NCBI RefSeq assembly: GCF_009914755.1
Contig: NC_060940.1
Reading direction: 5' to 3' (one strand)
Source of the DNA: the human T2T-CHM13v2.0 reference genome, Homo sapiens
DNA length: 64,000 bases
Below the pieces are notes generated by a model. It did no database searches and had not been told where the DNA came from. It saw only the letters and a program-made list of their open reading frames with translations. The position numbers and the translations under genes are program-made. Below are positions 12,346-28,400 of the stretch, piece after piece (the stretch's first letter is position 1; each line of letters opens with the position of its first letter).

Positions 12346-15300
12346 GGTTCCACAGGTTTCCATTCGTGTCCATTCCATTATTCCATTCTATTCCGTTTGA
12401 TGATGATTCCATTCGATTCCATTCATTGGTGATTCCACTCAATTCCATTCAATGATTCCATTCCATTTCTTTCAACAATGATTCCATTAGTTTCTAATCG
12501 ATGATCCACTTGATTCCATTTGACGACGATTCCATTCTTGTCCATTCGATGATTCCATTTGATTCCATATGATGATGATTCCATTCGATTCCATACGATG
12601 ATGATTCCATTCGAGTCCATTCAATGGTGATTCCATTCAATTCCATTCGATGATTCCTTTCGATTCCATTCGATGATGATGGCATTCGATTCCTTTCAAT
12701 CATTCCCTTTGATTCCATTCAAAGGTGATTTCATTCAAGTCCATTCGATAATTGCATTCGATTCCATTCTATGATGATTCCATTCGAGTCCATTTGATGA
12801 TTCCATTCAATTCAAGTCAATGATGATTCCATTCGATTCCATTCGATGATTCCATTGGATTCCATTCGATGATGATTCCATTCAAATCCATTCGATAATT
12901 CAATTCAAGTCCATTCGGTGATGATTAAAATCGAATCCATTCAAAGATTCCATTCAGTTCCATTCGATGATTCCCTTAGATTCCATTCGATGATTCCACT
13001 TGATTCCATTTACGATGATTCCATTCGATTCCATGTGATGATTCCATTCAATTCTATTCAATGCTGTTTCCATTTGATTCCATTCGACCATGATTGCCTT
13101 TGATTCCATTCAATGACTCCATTCGGTTCCTTTTGATGATGATTCCGTTCGATTCCATTTCATTATTCCATTTGATTCCATTGGATGAGTCCATTCGATT
13201 ACATTCGATGATTATTCCATTCGAGTGCATTAGATGATTCCATTCGAGTCCATTCGATGATTCCATTCGATTCCATTCGATGTTGATTCTGTTCAAATCC
13301 ATTCGATGATTCCACTCGATTCCATTCGATGACTCCAGTTGATCCCATTCGATGATTTCCTTTGATTCCCTTTGATGATCATTCCATTTGATTCAATTCG
13401 GTGATTTCATTTGATTCCATTCAGTGATGTTTCCATTCGACTCCATTCGATGATGATTCCATTCGACTCCATTCGATTATGATTTCATTCAATTCCATTC
13501 GATAATGATTCCCTTCGAGTCCATTCGATGATTCCATTCGATTCCATTCAACGATGATTTGATTCGTGTCCATTCGATGATTCCATTTGATTCCACTTGA
13601 TGATGATTCCATTCGAGTCCATTTGATGATTCCATTCAATTCCATTCTCCGATGATTTCTTTTGAGCCCATTCAATGCTTCCACTCGATTCCATATGATG
13701 ATGACTCCATTCGATGAAATTCGATGATGATTCCCTTCGCTTGCATTCGATGATGATTCCACTTGAGTCCATTAGAAGATTCTATTCAATTACATTCCAT
13801 GACGATTCCGTTCGAGTCCATTTGATGATTCCATTAGACTCCATTCGACGATGATTCCATTCGATGTTATTCGATGATTCCATTCGATCTCATTCGATGA
13901 TGATTCCATTCAACTCCATTCGATGTTTCCATTCGAGTTCATTCTATTATTCCATTAGATTCCATTCGATGATGATTCCATTCGATTCCATTTGATGATT
14001 GCATTCTATTTCATTTGATGATGATTCCATTCGAGTCCACTCGATGATTCCATTCGAGTCCATTTCATGAATCCATTGGTTTCAATTCTATGATGATTAC
14101 ATTGGATTCCATTCGTTGATGATTTCATTCGGTTCCATTCAATGATGATTCCATTCAATTCCTTTCAATGTTTCCATTCAATTCCATACGATGATGATTC
14201 CATTTGATTTGATTCGACAGTGAGCCATTCGATTCAATTCCATGATGATTCTATTTGATTCAATTGGTTGACATTTCCATTCGATTCCATTCGATGATGA
14301 TTCCCTTTGATTCCGTTCAAAGATGATTCCATTCTAGCCCATTCAATCATTCCATTCGATTCTATTCAATGATGATTCCATTCATGTCGATTTGGTGATT
14401 CCATTTGACTTCATTTGATGATGATTCCTTTCAAGTTCATTAGATGATTCCATTCGATTCCATTTGATGATGATCCCATTCGAGTCCATTCAGTGATTCC
14501 ACTCGTTTCCATTCCATGATGATTCCATTCCATTCCATTCAATGATTCCATTCGATTCCGTTTGATGATGATTTCATTCGAGTCCATTTGATGATTCCAT
14601 TTGATTCCATTCGATGATGATTCCATTCGAGTCCATTCGATGATTCTATTCGAATCCATTTGATGATTTCTTTTGATTATAGTTGGTGATGATTCCATTG
14701 GAGTCCATTCAATGATTCCATTCGATTCCAATCGATGGTGATTCCATTAGAGTCCATTTAATGATTCCATTTGATTCCAGTCTCTGATGATTACATTCGA
14801 GTCCATACGATGATTCCACTCAATTCCATATGATGATGATTCCATTCGATTCCATTCGATGATTCCATTCTATTCTATTCAATGGTGATTCCATTCGAGT
14901 ACATTAGATGATTACATTCGATTCCATTCAATGATGATTCTATTTGTGTCCCTTAGATGATTCCACATGATTCCATTAGATGATGATACTATTTGAGCCC
15001 ATCCAATGATTCCCTTCGATATCATTCGATGAGGATTCCATTCGATTCAATTCATTGGTGATTCTATTCAATTCAATTCTTTGATTCCATTCCATTCCAT
15101 TCGACAATGATTCCATTCGATTTCTTTCGATGATTCCACTCGATTCCACTTGACATTGATTCCCTTCGATTCCATTCAATGATTCCATTTGATTCCAGTG
15201 GATGATGATTGCCATCGATTCCATTCGATCACTCCATTCTATTCCATTTGATGATGATTACATTCGATTCCATTTGACGATTCCATCTGATTCTATTCGA

Positions 15301-18300
15301 GGATTCCATTTGATTCCATTCGATGATGATTCCATTCGAGTCCATTCGATGATTTCATTCGAGTACATCCAATGATTCCATTCGAGTCCATTAGATGATT
15401 CCATTTGATTCCATTTGATAATGATTCTACTAGAGTCCATTCAATGACTCCATTCGAGTCCATTCAACAATTCCATTCGACTCCATTTGATGATTCCATT
15501 CGATTCCATTTGATGATTCCATTCGAGTCCATTTAATCATTACAGACGAGTCCATTTGGTGATTCCACCGGATTTCTTTTGATAATGATACCATACAATT
15601 ACATTTGATGATGATCCCATTCAATTTCATTTGATGATGATTCCATTAGAGTCCATTCGATGATTTCATTCGAGTCCCTTCACTGATTCCATCCGATTTC
15701 ATTGGATGATGACTCCATTCGAGTCCATTCGATGATTCCACTCGATTCCATTAGATGATTCCATTGGAGTCCATTTGATTGTTCCATTCGATTCCATTCG
15801 ATTCCTTTCGAAGATTATTCCATTTGAGTCCATTCGATGATGATTCCATTCCATTCCATTCGATGATTCCGTTTGATTCCATTCGATGATTCCCTTCGAT
15901 TCCTTTCTTTGATGATTCCATTCCATTCCATTCAATGATTCCATTCGAATCTATTCCATGATGATTCCTTTCGATTCCATTCGCTGATGTTTCCGTTCAA
16001 TTCCATTCGATGATGATTCCATTCGATTCCATTCATTGAGGATTCCATTTGATTCCATTCAATGATGATTCCGTTCTATTCCATTCAATGATTGCATTCA
16101 ATTCCATTCAATGATTATCCCCTTAGAGTAAACTCAACGATTCCATTCAATACCATTCGATGATGATTCCTTTTGAGTCCATTCAATGATTTCATTCAAG
16201 TCCATTTGATGATTCCTTTCAATTCCATTCTATGATGATTCCATTCGAGTCCATTCGATGATTCCATTCGATTGCATTCGATGATTCCATTATATTCCAT
16301 TCAACGATGATTCCATTCGAGTCCATTCGATGATTCCATTAGAGTACATTTAATGATTGCTTTGTTTTCAATTCGAAGATGATTACATTGGATTCCATTC
16401 TATGATACCATTCGATTCCATTCAATGATGATTCCACTCAAATCCATTGGATGATTCCATTCGTGTCCATTCGGTGATTTCATTAGATTCCATTCGAGGA
16501 TGATTCCATTCGATTCCATTCGATGATTCCATTCAATTCCATTCGATGATGATTCCATTCCAGTCCATATGATCATTCCATTTGATTTCATTCGATGATG
16601 ATTCCATTCGATTCCATTCGATGATTCCATTCTATTCCATTCGATGATGATTCCATTCGAGTCCATTCGATGATTCCATTCGAGTCCATTTAATGATTCC
16701 ATTGGGTTCAATTCAATGATGATTACATTGGATTCCGTTCTATGATTCCATTCAATTCCGTTCATTGACAATTTGATTCCATTCGATGATGATTCCATTT
16801 GAGTTCATTCGATGATTCTATTCGATTCTCTTCGATGGTGATTCAATTCTATTATATTGGATGATTCCATTCGATTCCATTTGATGTTGATTCAATTCGA
16901 TTCTATTCGATGATGATTCCATTGGATTTCACTTGATGATTCTATTCGATTCCATTCAATGATGATTCACTTCTCGTCCATTGGATGATTCCATTTCATT
17001 CCATTCGATGATGATTCCATTCGATTCCATTCGATGATTCCATTTGATTCCATGCGACGGTGAGCAATTCGATTCAATTCCATGATGATTCTATTTGATT
17101 CAATTAGATGATGTTTCCATTCGAATCCATTCCATGATTATTCCATTGGAATCCATTCGGCGATGATTCCATATGAGTCAATTCAATGATGATTCCATAT
17201 GGGTCCGTTCGATGATAATTCCATTTGATTTCATTCGGTGCTTCTATTCAATTCCAGTCGATGATGATTCCGTTGGAGTCCATACGATGATTCCATTTGA
17301 TTTCATTTGATGATGATTCCATTCGATGATGATTACATTGGATTCCATTCTATGATTCCATTCAATTCCATTCGTTGATGATTCGATTCCATTCAATGAT
17401 GATTCCATTTGAGTTCATTCGATGATTCTATTCGATTCCGTTCGATGGTGATTCAATTCTCTTATATTGGATGATTCCACTCGATTCCATTTGATGATTA
17501 TTCCATTGGAGTCCACTTAGTGAATCCTTTAGATTCTACTCGAAGATGATTCCATTCGAGTCCATTCGATGATACCATTCAATTCCATTCGTTGATGCTT
17601 CCATTCAAGTGCATTCGATGATATCATTCGATTCCATTTGATGATAATTCCATTTGATTCCATGCGATGATTCTATTCGATTCCATTCAATGATAATTCC
17701 ATTCAATTCAGTGATTCCTCTGGACTCCATTTGATGATGATTCCATTCAATGATTCCATTCGATTCTATTCGAAAATGATTCCATTTGAATCCATTTGAT
17801 GATGATTCCATTAGATTCCATTTGATGATTCCATTCGATTCCATTTGACGATGATTCCATTCGATTCCATTTGATGATTCCATTCTATTCTATTCGATGA
17901 TGATTCCATTCGATTCCATTTGATGATGATTGGATTCGATTCCATTTGATGATTTCATTTGATTCCATTCGTTAATGATTTCGATCAACTCCATTCGATG
18001 ATTCCATTTGATTCCATTCGATAATGATTACATCCGAGTCCATTCGATGATTCCATTTGAGCCCGTTCGATAATTCCATTTGAGTCCAATCAATGATTCC
18101 ATTCATTTCCATTCAATGATTCCATTCGAGTCCATTTGATCATTCCGGTAGGGTCCGTTCGATGTTGATTCCATTGGAGTGCATTCGATGATTCCATTCG
18201 AGTCCATTTTAGGATTTGATTCGAGTCCTTTCGATGATTCCATTCGATTCCACTCGATGATTTCATTCGAGTCCATTCGACACTTCCAATCGATTCCATT

Positions 18301-18454
18301 TGATGTTTCCATTCGAGTCCAATTGATGATTCCATTCAATTCCATTCGATGATGATTCCGTACGATTCCATTCTGTGATGATTCCATGTGATTGCATTCA
18401 ATGATGATTCCTTTCGATTGCATTCGATTATGATTCATTTCGTGTTCATTCTAT
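12346..18454 (+). repeat. HSat2 nested unit 3, 6109 bp
   Basis: 6102 +10 (near 15490) -3 (near 18258) = 6109. Confidence 0.93.
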
Positions 18455-21400
18455 GGTTCCACAGGTTTCCATTCGATGATGTTTCCATTCGTGTCCATTC
18501 CATTATTCCATTCTATTCCATTTGAAGATGATTCCATTCGATTCCATTCATTGGTGATTCCACTCAATTCCATTCAATGATTCCATTCCATTTCTTTCAA
18601 CAATGATTCCATTAGTTTCTATTCGATGATCCACTTGATTCCATTTGACGATGATTCCATTCGTGTCCATTCGATGATTCCATTTGATTCCATATGATGA
18701 TGATTCCATTCGATTCCATACGATGATGATTCCATTCGAGTCCATTCAATGGTGATTCCATTCAATTCCATTCGATGATTCCTTTCGATTCCATTCAATG
18801 ATGATGGCATTCGATTCCTTTCGATCATTCCCTTTGATTCCATTCAAAGGTGATTTCATTCAAGTCCATTCGATAATTGCATTCGATTCCATTCTATGAT
18901 GATTCCATTCGAGTCCATTTGATGATTCCATTCAATTCAAGTCAATGATGATTCCATTCGATTCTACTCGATGATTCCATTGGATTCCATTCGATGATGA
19001 TTCCATTCAAATCCATTCGATAATTCAATTCAAGTCCATTCGATGATGATTCCAATCGAATCCATTCAAAGACTCCACTCAATTCCATTCGATGATGATT
19101 CCCTTAGATTCCATTCGATGATTCCACTTGATTCCATTTACGATGATTCCATTCGATTCCATGTGATGATTCCATTCAATTCTATTCAATGATGTTTCCA
19201 CTTGATTCCATTCGAACATGATTGCCTTTGATTCCATTCAATGATTCCATACGGTTCCATTTGATGATGATTCCATTGGAGTGCATTAGATGATTCCATC
19301 CGAGTCCATTTGATGATTCCATTCGATTCCATTCGATGTTGATTCTGTTCAAATCCATTCGATGATTCCACTCGATTCCATTCGATGACTCCATTTGATC
19401 CCATTCGATGATTTCCTTTGATTCCCTTTGATGATCATTCCATTTGATTCAATTCGGTGATTTCATTTGATTCCATTCAGTGATGTTTCCATTCAACTCC
19501 TTTCGATGATGATTCCATTCGACTCCATTCGATTATGATTTCATTCAATTCCATTCGATAATGATTCCCTTCAAGTCCATTCGATGATTCCATTCGATTC
19601 CATTCAACAATGATTTGATTCGTGTCCATTCGATGATTCCATTTGATTCCATTTGATGATGATTCCATTCGAGTCCCTTTCATGATTCCATTCAATTCCA
19701 TTCTCCGATGATTTCTTTTGAGCCCATTCAATGCTTCCACTCGATTCCATATGATGATGACTCCATTTGATGAAATTCCATGATGATTCCATTCGGTTGC
19801 ATTCGATGATGATTCCACTTGAGTCCGTTAGAAGATTCTATTCAATTACATTCCATGACGATTCTGTTCGAGTCCATTTGATGATTCCATTAGACTCCAT
19901 TCGACGATGATTCCATTCGATGTTATTCGATGATGATTCCATTCAACTCCATTCGATGTTTCCATTCGAGGTCATTCTATTATTCCATTAGATTCCATTC
20001 GATGATGATTCCATTCGATTCCATTTGATGATTGCATTCTATTTCATTTGATGATGATTCCATTCGAGTCCATTCGATGATTCCATTCGAGTCCATTTAA
20101 TGAATCCATTGGTTTCAATTCTATGATGATTACATTGGATTCCATTCGTTGATGATTTCATTCGATTCCATTCAATGATGATTCCATTCAATTCCATTCA
20201 ATGATTCCATTCAATTCCATACGATGATGATTCCATTTGATTTGATTCGACAGTGAGCCATTCGATTCAATTCCATGATGATTCTATTTTATTCAATTGG
20301 TTGACATTTCCATTCGATTCCATTCGATGATGATTCCCTTTGATTCCATTCAAAGCTGATTCCATTCTAGCCCATTCAATCATTCCATTCGATTCTATTC
20401 AATGATGATTCCATTCATGTCGATTTGGTGATTCCATTTGACTTCATTTGATGATGATTCTTTTCAAGTTCATTAGATGATTCCATTCGATTCCATTTGA
20501 TGATGATCCCATTCGAGTCCATTTGATGATTCCACTCGTTTCCATTCCATGATGATTCCATTCCATTCCATTCAATGATTCCATTCGATTCCGTTTGATG
20601 ATGATTTCATTCGAGTCCATTTGATGATTCCATTTGATTCCATTCGATGATGATTACATTCGAGTCCATACGATGATTCCACTCAATTCCATATGATGAT
20701 GATTCCATTCGATTCCATTCGATGATTCCACTTGATTCCATTTACGATGATTCCATTCTATTCCATGCGATGATTCCATTCAGTTCTATTCAATGCTGTT
20801 TCCATTTGATTCCATTGGACCATGATTACCTTTGATTCCATTCAATGACTCCATTCGGTTCCTTTTGATGATGATTCCGTTCGATTCCATTTCATTATTC
20901 CATTTGATTCCATTGGATGAGTCCATTCGATTACATTCGATGATTATTCCATTCGAGTGCATTAGATGATTCCATTCGAGTCCATTCGATGATTCCATTC
21001 GATTCCATTCGATGTTGATTCTGTTCAAATCCATTCGATGATTCCACTCGATTCCATTCGATGACTCCAGTTGATCCCATTCGATGATTTCCTTTGATTC
21101 CCTTTGATGATCATTCCATTTGATTCAATTCGGTGATTTCATTTGATTCCATTCAGTGATGTTTCCATTCGACTCCATTCGATGATGATTCCATTCGACT
21201 CCATTCGATTATGATTTCATTCAATTCCATTCGATAATGATTCCCTTCGTGTCCATTCGATGATTCCATTCGATTCCATTCAACGATGATTTGATTCGTG
21301 TCCATTCGATGATTCCATTTGATTCCACTTGATGATGATTCCATTCGAGTCCATTTGATGATTCCATTCAATTCCATTCTCCGATGATTTCTTTTGAGCC

Positions 21401-24400
21401 CATTCAATGCTTCCACTCGATTCCATATGATGATGACTCCATTCGATGAAATTCGATGATGATTCCCTTTGATTCCATTCAAAGATGATTCCATTCTAGC
21501 CCATTCATTCATTCCTTTCGATTCTATTCAATGATGATTCCATTCATGTCGATTTGGTGATTCCATTTGACTTCATTTGATGATGATTCCTTTCAAGTTC
21601 ATTAGATGATTCCATTCGATTCCATTTGATGATGATCCCATTGGAGTCCATTCAGTGATTCCACTCGTTTCCATTCCATGATGATTCCATTCCATTCCAT
21701 TCAATGATTCCATTCGATTCCGTTTGATGATGATTTCATTCGAGTCCATTTGATGATTCCATTTGATTCCATTCGATGATGATTACATTCGAGTCCATAC
21801 GATGATTCCACTCAATTCCATATGATGATGATTCCATTCGATTCCATTCGATGATTCCATTCTATTCTATTCAATGGTGATTCCATTCGAGTACATTAGA
21901 TGATTCCATTCGATTCCATTCAATGATGATTCTATTTGTGTCCCTTAGATGGTTCCACATGATTCCATTTCATGATGATACTATTTGAGCCCATCCAATG
22001 ATTCCCTTCGATTCCATTCGATGAGGATTCCATTCGATTCAATTCATTGGTGATTCTATTCAATTCAATTCTTTGATTCCATTCCATTCCATTCGACAAT
22101 GATTCCATTCGATTTCTTTCGATGATTCCACTCGATTCCACTTGACATTGATTCCATTCGATTCCATTCAATGATTCCGTTTGATTCCAGTGGATGATGA
22201 TTGCCATCGATTCCATTCGATCACTCCATTCTATTCCATTTGATGATGATTACATTCGATTCCATTTGATGATTCCATCTGATTCTATTCGAGGATTCCA
22301 TTTGATTCCATTCGATGATGATTCCATTCGAGTGCATTCGATGATTTCATTCGAGTACATCCAATGATTCCATTCGAGTCCATTTGATGATTCCATTTGA
22401 TTCCATTTGATTATGATTCTACTAGAGTCCATTCAATGACTCCATTCGAATCCATTCAACAATTCCATTCGAGGCCATTCGATGATTCCATTTCATGATT
22501 CCATTCGAGTCCATTTAATCATTACAGTCGAGTCCATTTGGTGATTCCACTGGATTTCTTTTGATAATGATACCATTCAATTACATTTGATGATGATCCC
22601 ATTCAATTTCATTTGATGGTGATTCCATTAGAGTCCATTCGATGATTTCATTCGAGTCCCTTCATTGATTCCATCCGATTTCATTGGATGATGACTCCAT
22701 TCGAGTCCATTCGATGATTCCACTCGATTCCATTAGATGATTCCATTGGAGTCCATTTGATTGTTCCATTCGATTCTATTCGATTCCTTTCGAAGATTAT
22801 TCCATTTGAGTCCATTCGATGATGATTCCATTCCATTCCATTCGATGATTCCGTTTGATTCCATTCGATGATTCCCTTCGATTCCTTTCTTTGATGATTC
22901 CATTCCATTCCATTCAATGATTCCATTCGAATCTATTCCATGATGATTCCTTTCGATTCCATTCGCTGATGTTTCCGTTCAATTCCATTCGATGATGATT
23001 CCATTCGATTCCATTCATTGAGGATTCCATTTGATTCCATTCAATGATGATTCCATTCTATTCCATTCAATGATTGCATTCAATTCCATTCAATGATCAT
23101 CCCATTAGAGTAAACTCAACGATTCCATTCAATACCATTCGATGATGATTCCTTTTGAGTCCATTCAATGATTTCATTCAAGTCCATTTGATGATTCCTT
23201 TCAATTCCATTCTATGATGATTCCATTCGAGTCCATTCGATGATTCCATTCGATTGCATTCGATGATTCCATTATATTCCAGTCAACGATGATTCCATTC
23301 GAGTCCATTCGATGATTCCATTAGAGTACATTTAATGATTGCTTTGTTTTCAATTCGAAGATGATTACATTGGATTCCATTCTATGATACCATTCGATTC
23401 CATTCAATGATGATTCCACTCAAATCCATTGGATGATTCCATTCGTGTCCATTCGGTGATTTCATTAGATTCCATTCGAGGATGATTCCATTCGATTCCA
23501 TTCGATGATTCCATTCAATTCCATTCTATGATGATTCCATTCCAGTCCATATGATCATTCCATTTGATTTCATTCGATGATGATTCCATTCGATTCCATT
23601 CGATGATTCCATTCTATTCCATTCGATGATGATTCCATTCGAGTCCATTCGATGATTCCATTCTATTCCTTTCGATGATGATTCCATTCGAGTCCATTCG
23701 ATGATTCCATTCGAGTCCATTTAATGATTCCATTGGGTTCAATTCAATGATGATTACATTGGATTCCGTTCTATGATTCCATTCAATTCCGTTCATTGAC
23801 AATTTGATTCCATTCGATGATGATTCCATTTGAGTTCATTCGATGATTCTATTCGATTCTCTTCGATGGTGATTCAATTCTATTATATTGGATGATTCCA
23901 TTCGATTCCATTTGATGTTGATTCAATTCGATTCTATTCGATGATGATTCCATTGGATTTCACTTGATGATTCTATTCGATTCCATTCAATGATGATTCA
24001 CTTCTCGTCCATTGGATGATTCCATTTCATTCCATTCGATGATGATTCCATTCGATTCCATTCGATGATTCCATTTGATTCCATGCGACGGTGAGCAATT
24101 CGATTCAATTCCATGATGATTCTATTTGATTCAATTAGATGATGTTTCCATTCGAATCCATTCCATGATTATTCCATTGGAATCCATTTGGCGATGATTC
24201 CATATGAGTCAATTCAATGATGATTCCATATGGGTCCGTTCGATGATAATTCCATTTGATTTCATTCGATGCTTCTATTCTATTCCAGTCGATGATGATT
24301 CCGTTGGAGTCCATACGATGATTCCATTTGATTTCATTTGATGATGATTCCATTCGATGATGATTACATTGGATTCCATTCTATGATTCCATTCAATTCC

Positions 24401-25488
24401 ATTCGTTGATGATTCGATTCCATTCAATGATGATTCCATTTGAGTTCATTCGATGATTCTATTCGATTCCGTTCGATGGTGATTCAATTCTATTATATTG
24501 GATGATTCCACTCGATTCCATTTGATGATTATTCCATTGGAGTCCACTTAGTGAATCCTTTAGATTCTACTCGACGATGATTCCATTCGAGTCCATTCAA
24601 TGATACCATTCAATTTCATTCGTTGATGCTTCCATTCAAGTGCATTCGATGATATCATTCGATTCCATTTGATGATAATTCCATTTGATTCCGTGCGATG
24701 ATTCTATTCGATTCCATTCAATGATAATTCCATTCAATTCAGTGATTCCTCTGGACTCCATTTGATGATGATTCCATTCAATGATTCCATTCGATTCTAT
24801 TCCAAAATGATTCCATTTGAATCCATTTGATGATGATTCCATTAGATTCCATTTGATGATTCCATTCGATTGCATTTGACGATGATTCCATTCGATTCCA
24901 TTTGATGATTCCATTCTATTCTATTCGATGATGATTCCATTCGATTCCATTTGATGATGATTGGATTCGATTCCATTTGATGATTTCATTTGATTCCATT
25001 CGTTAATGATTTCGATCAACTCCATTCGATGATTCCATTTGATTCCATTCGATAATGATTACATCCGAGTCCATTCGATGATTCCATTTGAGCCCGTTCG
25101 ATAATTCCATTTGAGTCCAATCAATGATTCCATTCATTTCCATTCAATGATTCCATTCGAGTCCATTTGATCATTCTGGTAGGATCCGTTCGATGTTGAT
25201 TCCATTGGAGTGCATTCGATGATTCCATTCGAGTCCATTTTATGATTTGATTCGAGTCCTTTCGATGATTCCATTCGATTCCACTCGATGATGATTTCAT
25301 TCGAGTCCATTCGACACTTCCAATCGATTCCATTTGATGTTTCCATTCGAGTCCAATTGATGATTCCATTCAATTCCATTCGATGATGATTCCGTACGAT
25401 TCCATTCTGTGATGATTCCATGTGATTGCATTCCATGATGATTCCTTTCGATTGCATTCGATTATGATTCATTTCGTGTTCATTCTAT
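18455..25488 (+). repeat. Rearranged HSat2 unit 4, 7034 bp
   Basis: 6102 +16 +3 -72 -23 -170 +1869 (jump-back at ~20730) -570 -170 +49 = 7034, matching marker spacing. Confidence 0.92.
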
Positions 25489-28400
25489 GGTTCCACAGGT
25501 TACCATTCGATGACGTTTCCGTTCGTGTCCATTCCATTATTCCATTCTATTTCATTTGATGATGATTCCATTCGATTCCATTCATTGGTGATTCCACTCA
25601 ATTCCATTCAATGATTCCATTCCATTTCTTTCAACAATGATTCCATTAGTTTCTATTCGATGATCCACTTGATTCCATTTGGCGATGATTCCATTCGTGT
25701 CCATTCGATGATTCCATTTGATTCCATATGATGATGATTCCATTCGATTCCATACCATGATGATTCCATTCGAGTCCATTCAATGGTGATTCCATTCAAT
25801 TCCATTCGATGATTCCTTCCGATTCCATTCGATGATGATGGCATTCGATTCCTTTCAATCATTCCCTTTGATTCCATTCAAAGGTGATTTCATTCAAGTC
25901 CATTCGATAATTGCATTCGATTCCATTCTATGATGATTCCATTCGAGTCCATTTGATGATTCCATTCAATTCAAGTCAATGATGATTCCATTCAATTCCA
26001 CTCGATGATTCCATTGGATTCCATTCGATGATGATTCCATTCAAATCCATTCGATAATTCAATTCAAGTCCATTCGATGATGATTCCAATCTAATCCATT
26101 CAAAGATTCCATTCAATTCCATTCGATGATGATTCCCTTAGATTCCATTCGATGATTCCACTTGATTCCATTTACGATGATTCCATTCGATTCCATGTGA
26201 TGAATCCATTCAATTCTATTCAATGATGTTTCCATTTGATTCCATTGGACCATGATTGCCTTTGATTCCATTCAATGATTCCATTCGGTTCCATTTGATG
26301 ATGATTCCGTTCGATTCCATTTCATTATTCCATTTGATTCCATTGGATGAGTCCATTCGATTACATTCGATGATTATTCCATTCGAGTGCATTAGATGAT
26401 TGCATTCGAGTCCATTCGATGATTCCATTCGATTCCATTCGATGTTGATTCTGTTCAAATCCATTCGATGATTCCACTCGATTCCAATCGATGACTCCAT
26501 TTGATCCCATTCGATGATTTCCTGTGATTCCCTTTGATGATCATTCTATTTGATTCAATTCGGTGATTTCATTTCATTCCATTCAGTGATGTTTCCATTC
26601 GACTGTATTCGATGATGATTCCATTCGACTCCATTCGATTATGATTTCATTCAATTCCATTCAATAATGATTCCCTTCGAGTCCATTCGATGATTCCATT
26701 CGATTCCATTCAACGATGATTTGATTCGTTTCCATTCGATGATTCCATTTGATTCCACTTGATGATGATTCCATTCGAGTCCATTTGATGATTCCATTCG
26801 AGTCTATTTATGTATTATATTCGTGTCCACTTCATGATTCCATTCAATTCCATTTAATGTTGATTCCATTTGATTCCATTTGATGATTCAGTTCGATTCC
26901 TTGCAATGATTCCCTACGATTCCTTTCTCTGATGATTCCATTCGATTCCATTCATTGATGATTTCATTCGACTCCATTCGATGATGATTCTTTCGATTCC
27001 ATTTGACGATGTTTCCATTCGAGTCCATTCGATGATGATTCTATTCAATTCTGTTCTATTATGATTCCATTCGATTTCATTCAATGCTTCTATTTGATTC
27101 CATTCGATGATGATTCCATCTCTTTCCCTTCGATGATTCCATTTGATTCCATTCAGTGATGATTCCATTTGATTCCATCTGATGATGATTTCACTTGATT
27201 CCTTTCAATGATGATTCAATTCAAGTCCATTCGATGATTCCATTGGAGTCCAAACGATCATTCCGTTCGATTCCATTCAATGGTGATTCCATTCATGTCC
27301 ATTCGATGAATCCATTCAATTCCATTCGATGATGACTCCATTCGAGTACATTCGATGATTCCATTTGATTCCATTTGAAGATGATTCCATTCAATTCCAT
27401 TCGAAGATGATTCCATTCAATTCCATTCGATGATGATTCCGTATGAATCCATTCTCTGATTATTCCATTCGATTCCATTCATTGACGATTCCATTCAATT
27501 CCATTCAATGATGATTCTCTTCTATTCCATTCGATGATTCTGGTCGATTCCATTCGATGATGATTCCATTAGATTCCATTCGATTGTTGCATTCGATTCC
27601 CTTCGATGATGATTCCTTTGAATTCCATTCGATTATCATTCCGTATGAATCCATTTGATGATTATTCCATTGGATTCCTTTCGATGATGATTCCATTCGA
27701 TTCCATTTGATGATGTTTCTCTTGTATTCCATTGGATAATTCCTTTCAGTTCCCTTCGATGATTATTCTTTCAAGTCAATTCGATGATTCTATTCCATTC
27801 CCTTCGATGATGATTCCATTTCACTCCATTTGATGATTCCATTCGACTCAATTTGGTGATGATTCAATTCGATGACATTCGATGACTCCATTCAATTTCA
27901 TTTGATGATGATTACATTCGAGTCCATTTGATGATTGTATTCCTTTCCTTTTGATGATTATTCCATTCGTGTCTATTCAAAGGTTCCATTCTATTCCATT
28001 CAATGATGATTGCATTTGATTCCATTCAATGATTATGGCTATCGATTCCACTCGTTGATTCCATTTGATTCCGTTCGATGATTATTCCGTTAGATTCCAT
28101 TAGAAGATTCCATTCGATTTTATTCAATGATTCCAATGGATTCCATTCAATGATGATTCCATTCGACTCCATTCAGTGATTCCATTCGAGTCCATTTGAT
28201 GATTCCATTCTTTTCCATTTGATGATGATTCCATTAGGGTCCATTCAATGATTCCATTCGAGTCCATTCGTTAATGCCTTTCGAGTCCTTTTGATCACTA
28301 CATTCGAGTCCATTCAATGATTCTATTCGATTCCATTCCATGATGATTCCATTCGAGTTCATTCGATGATTGCATTCGAGTCCATTTGATGATTCCATAT

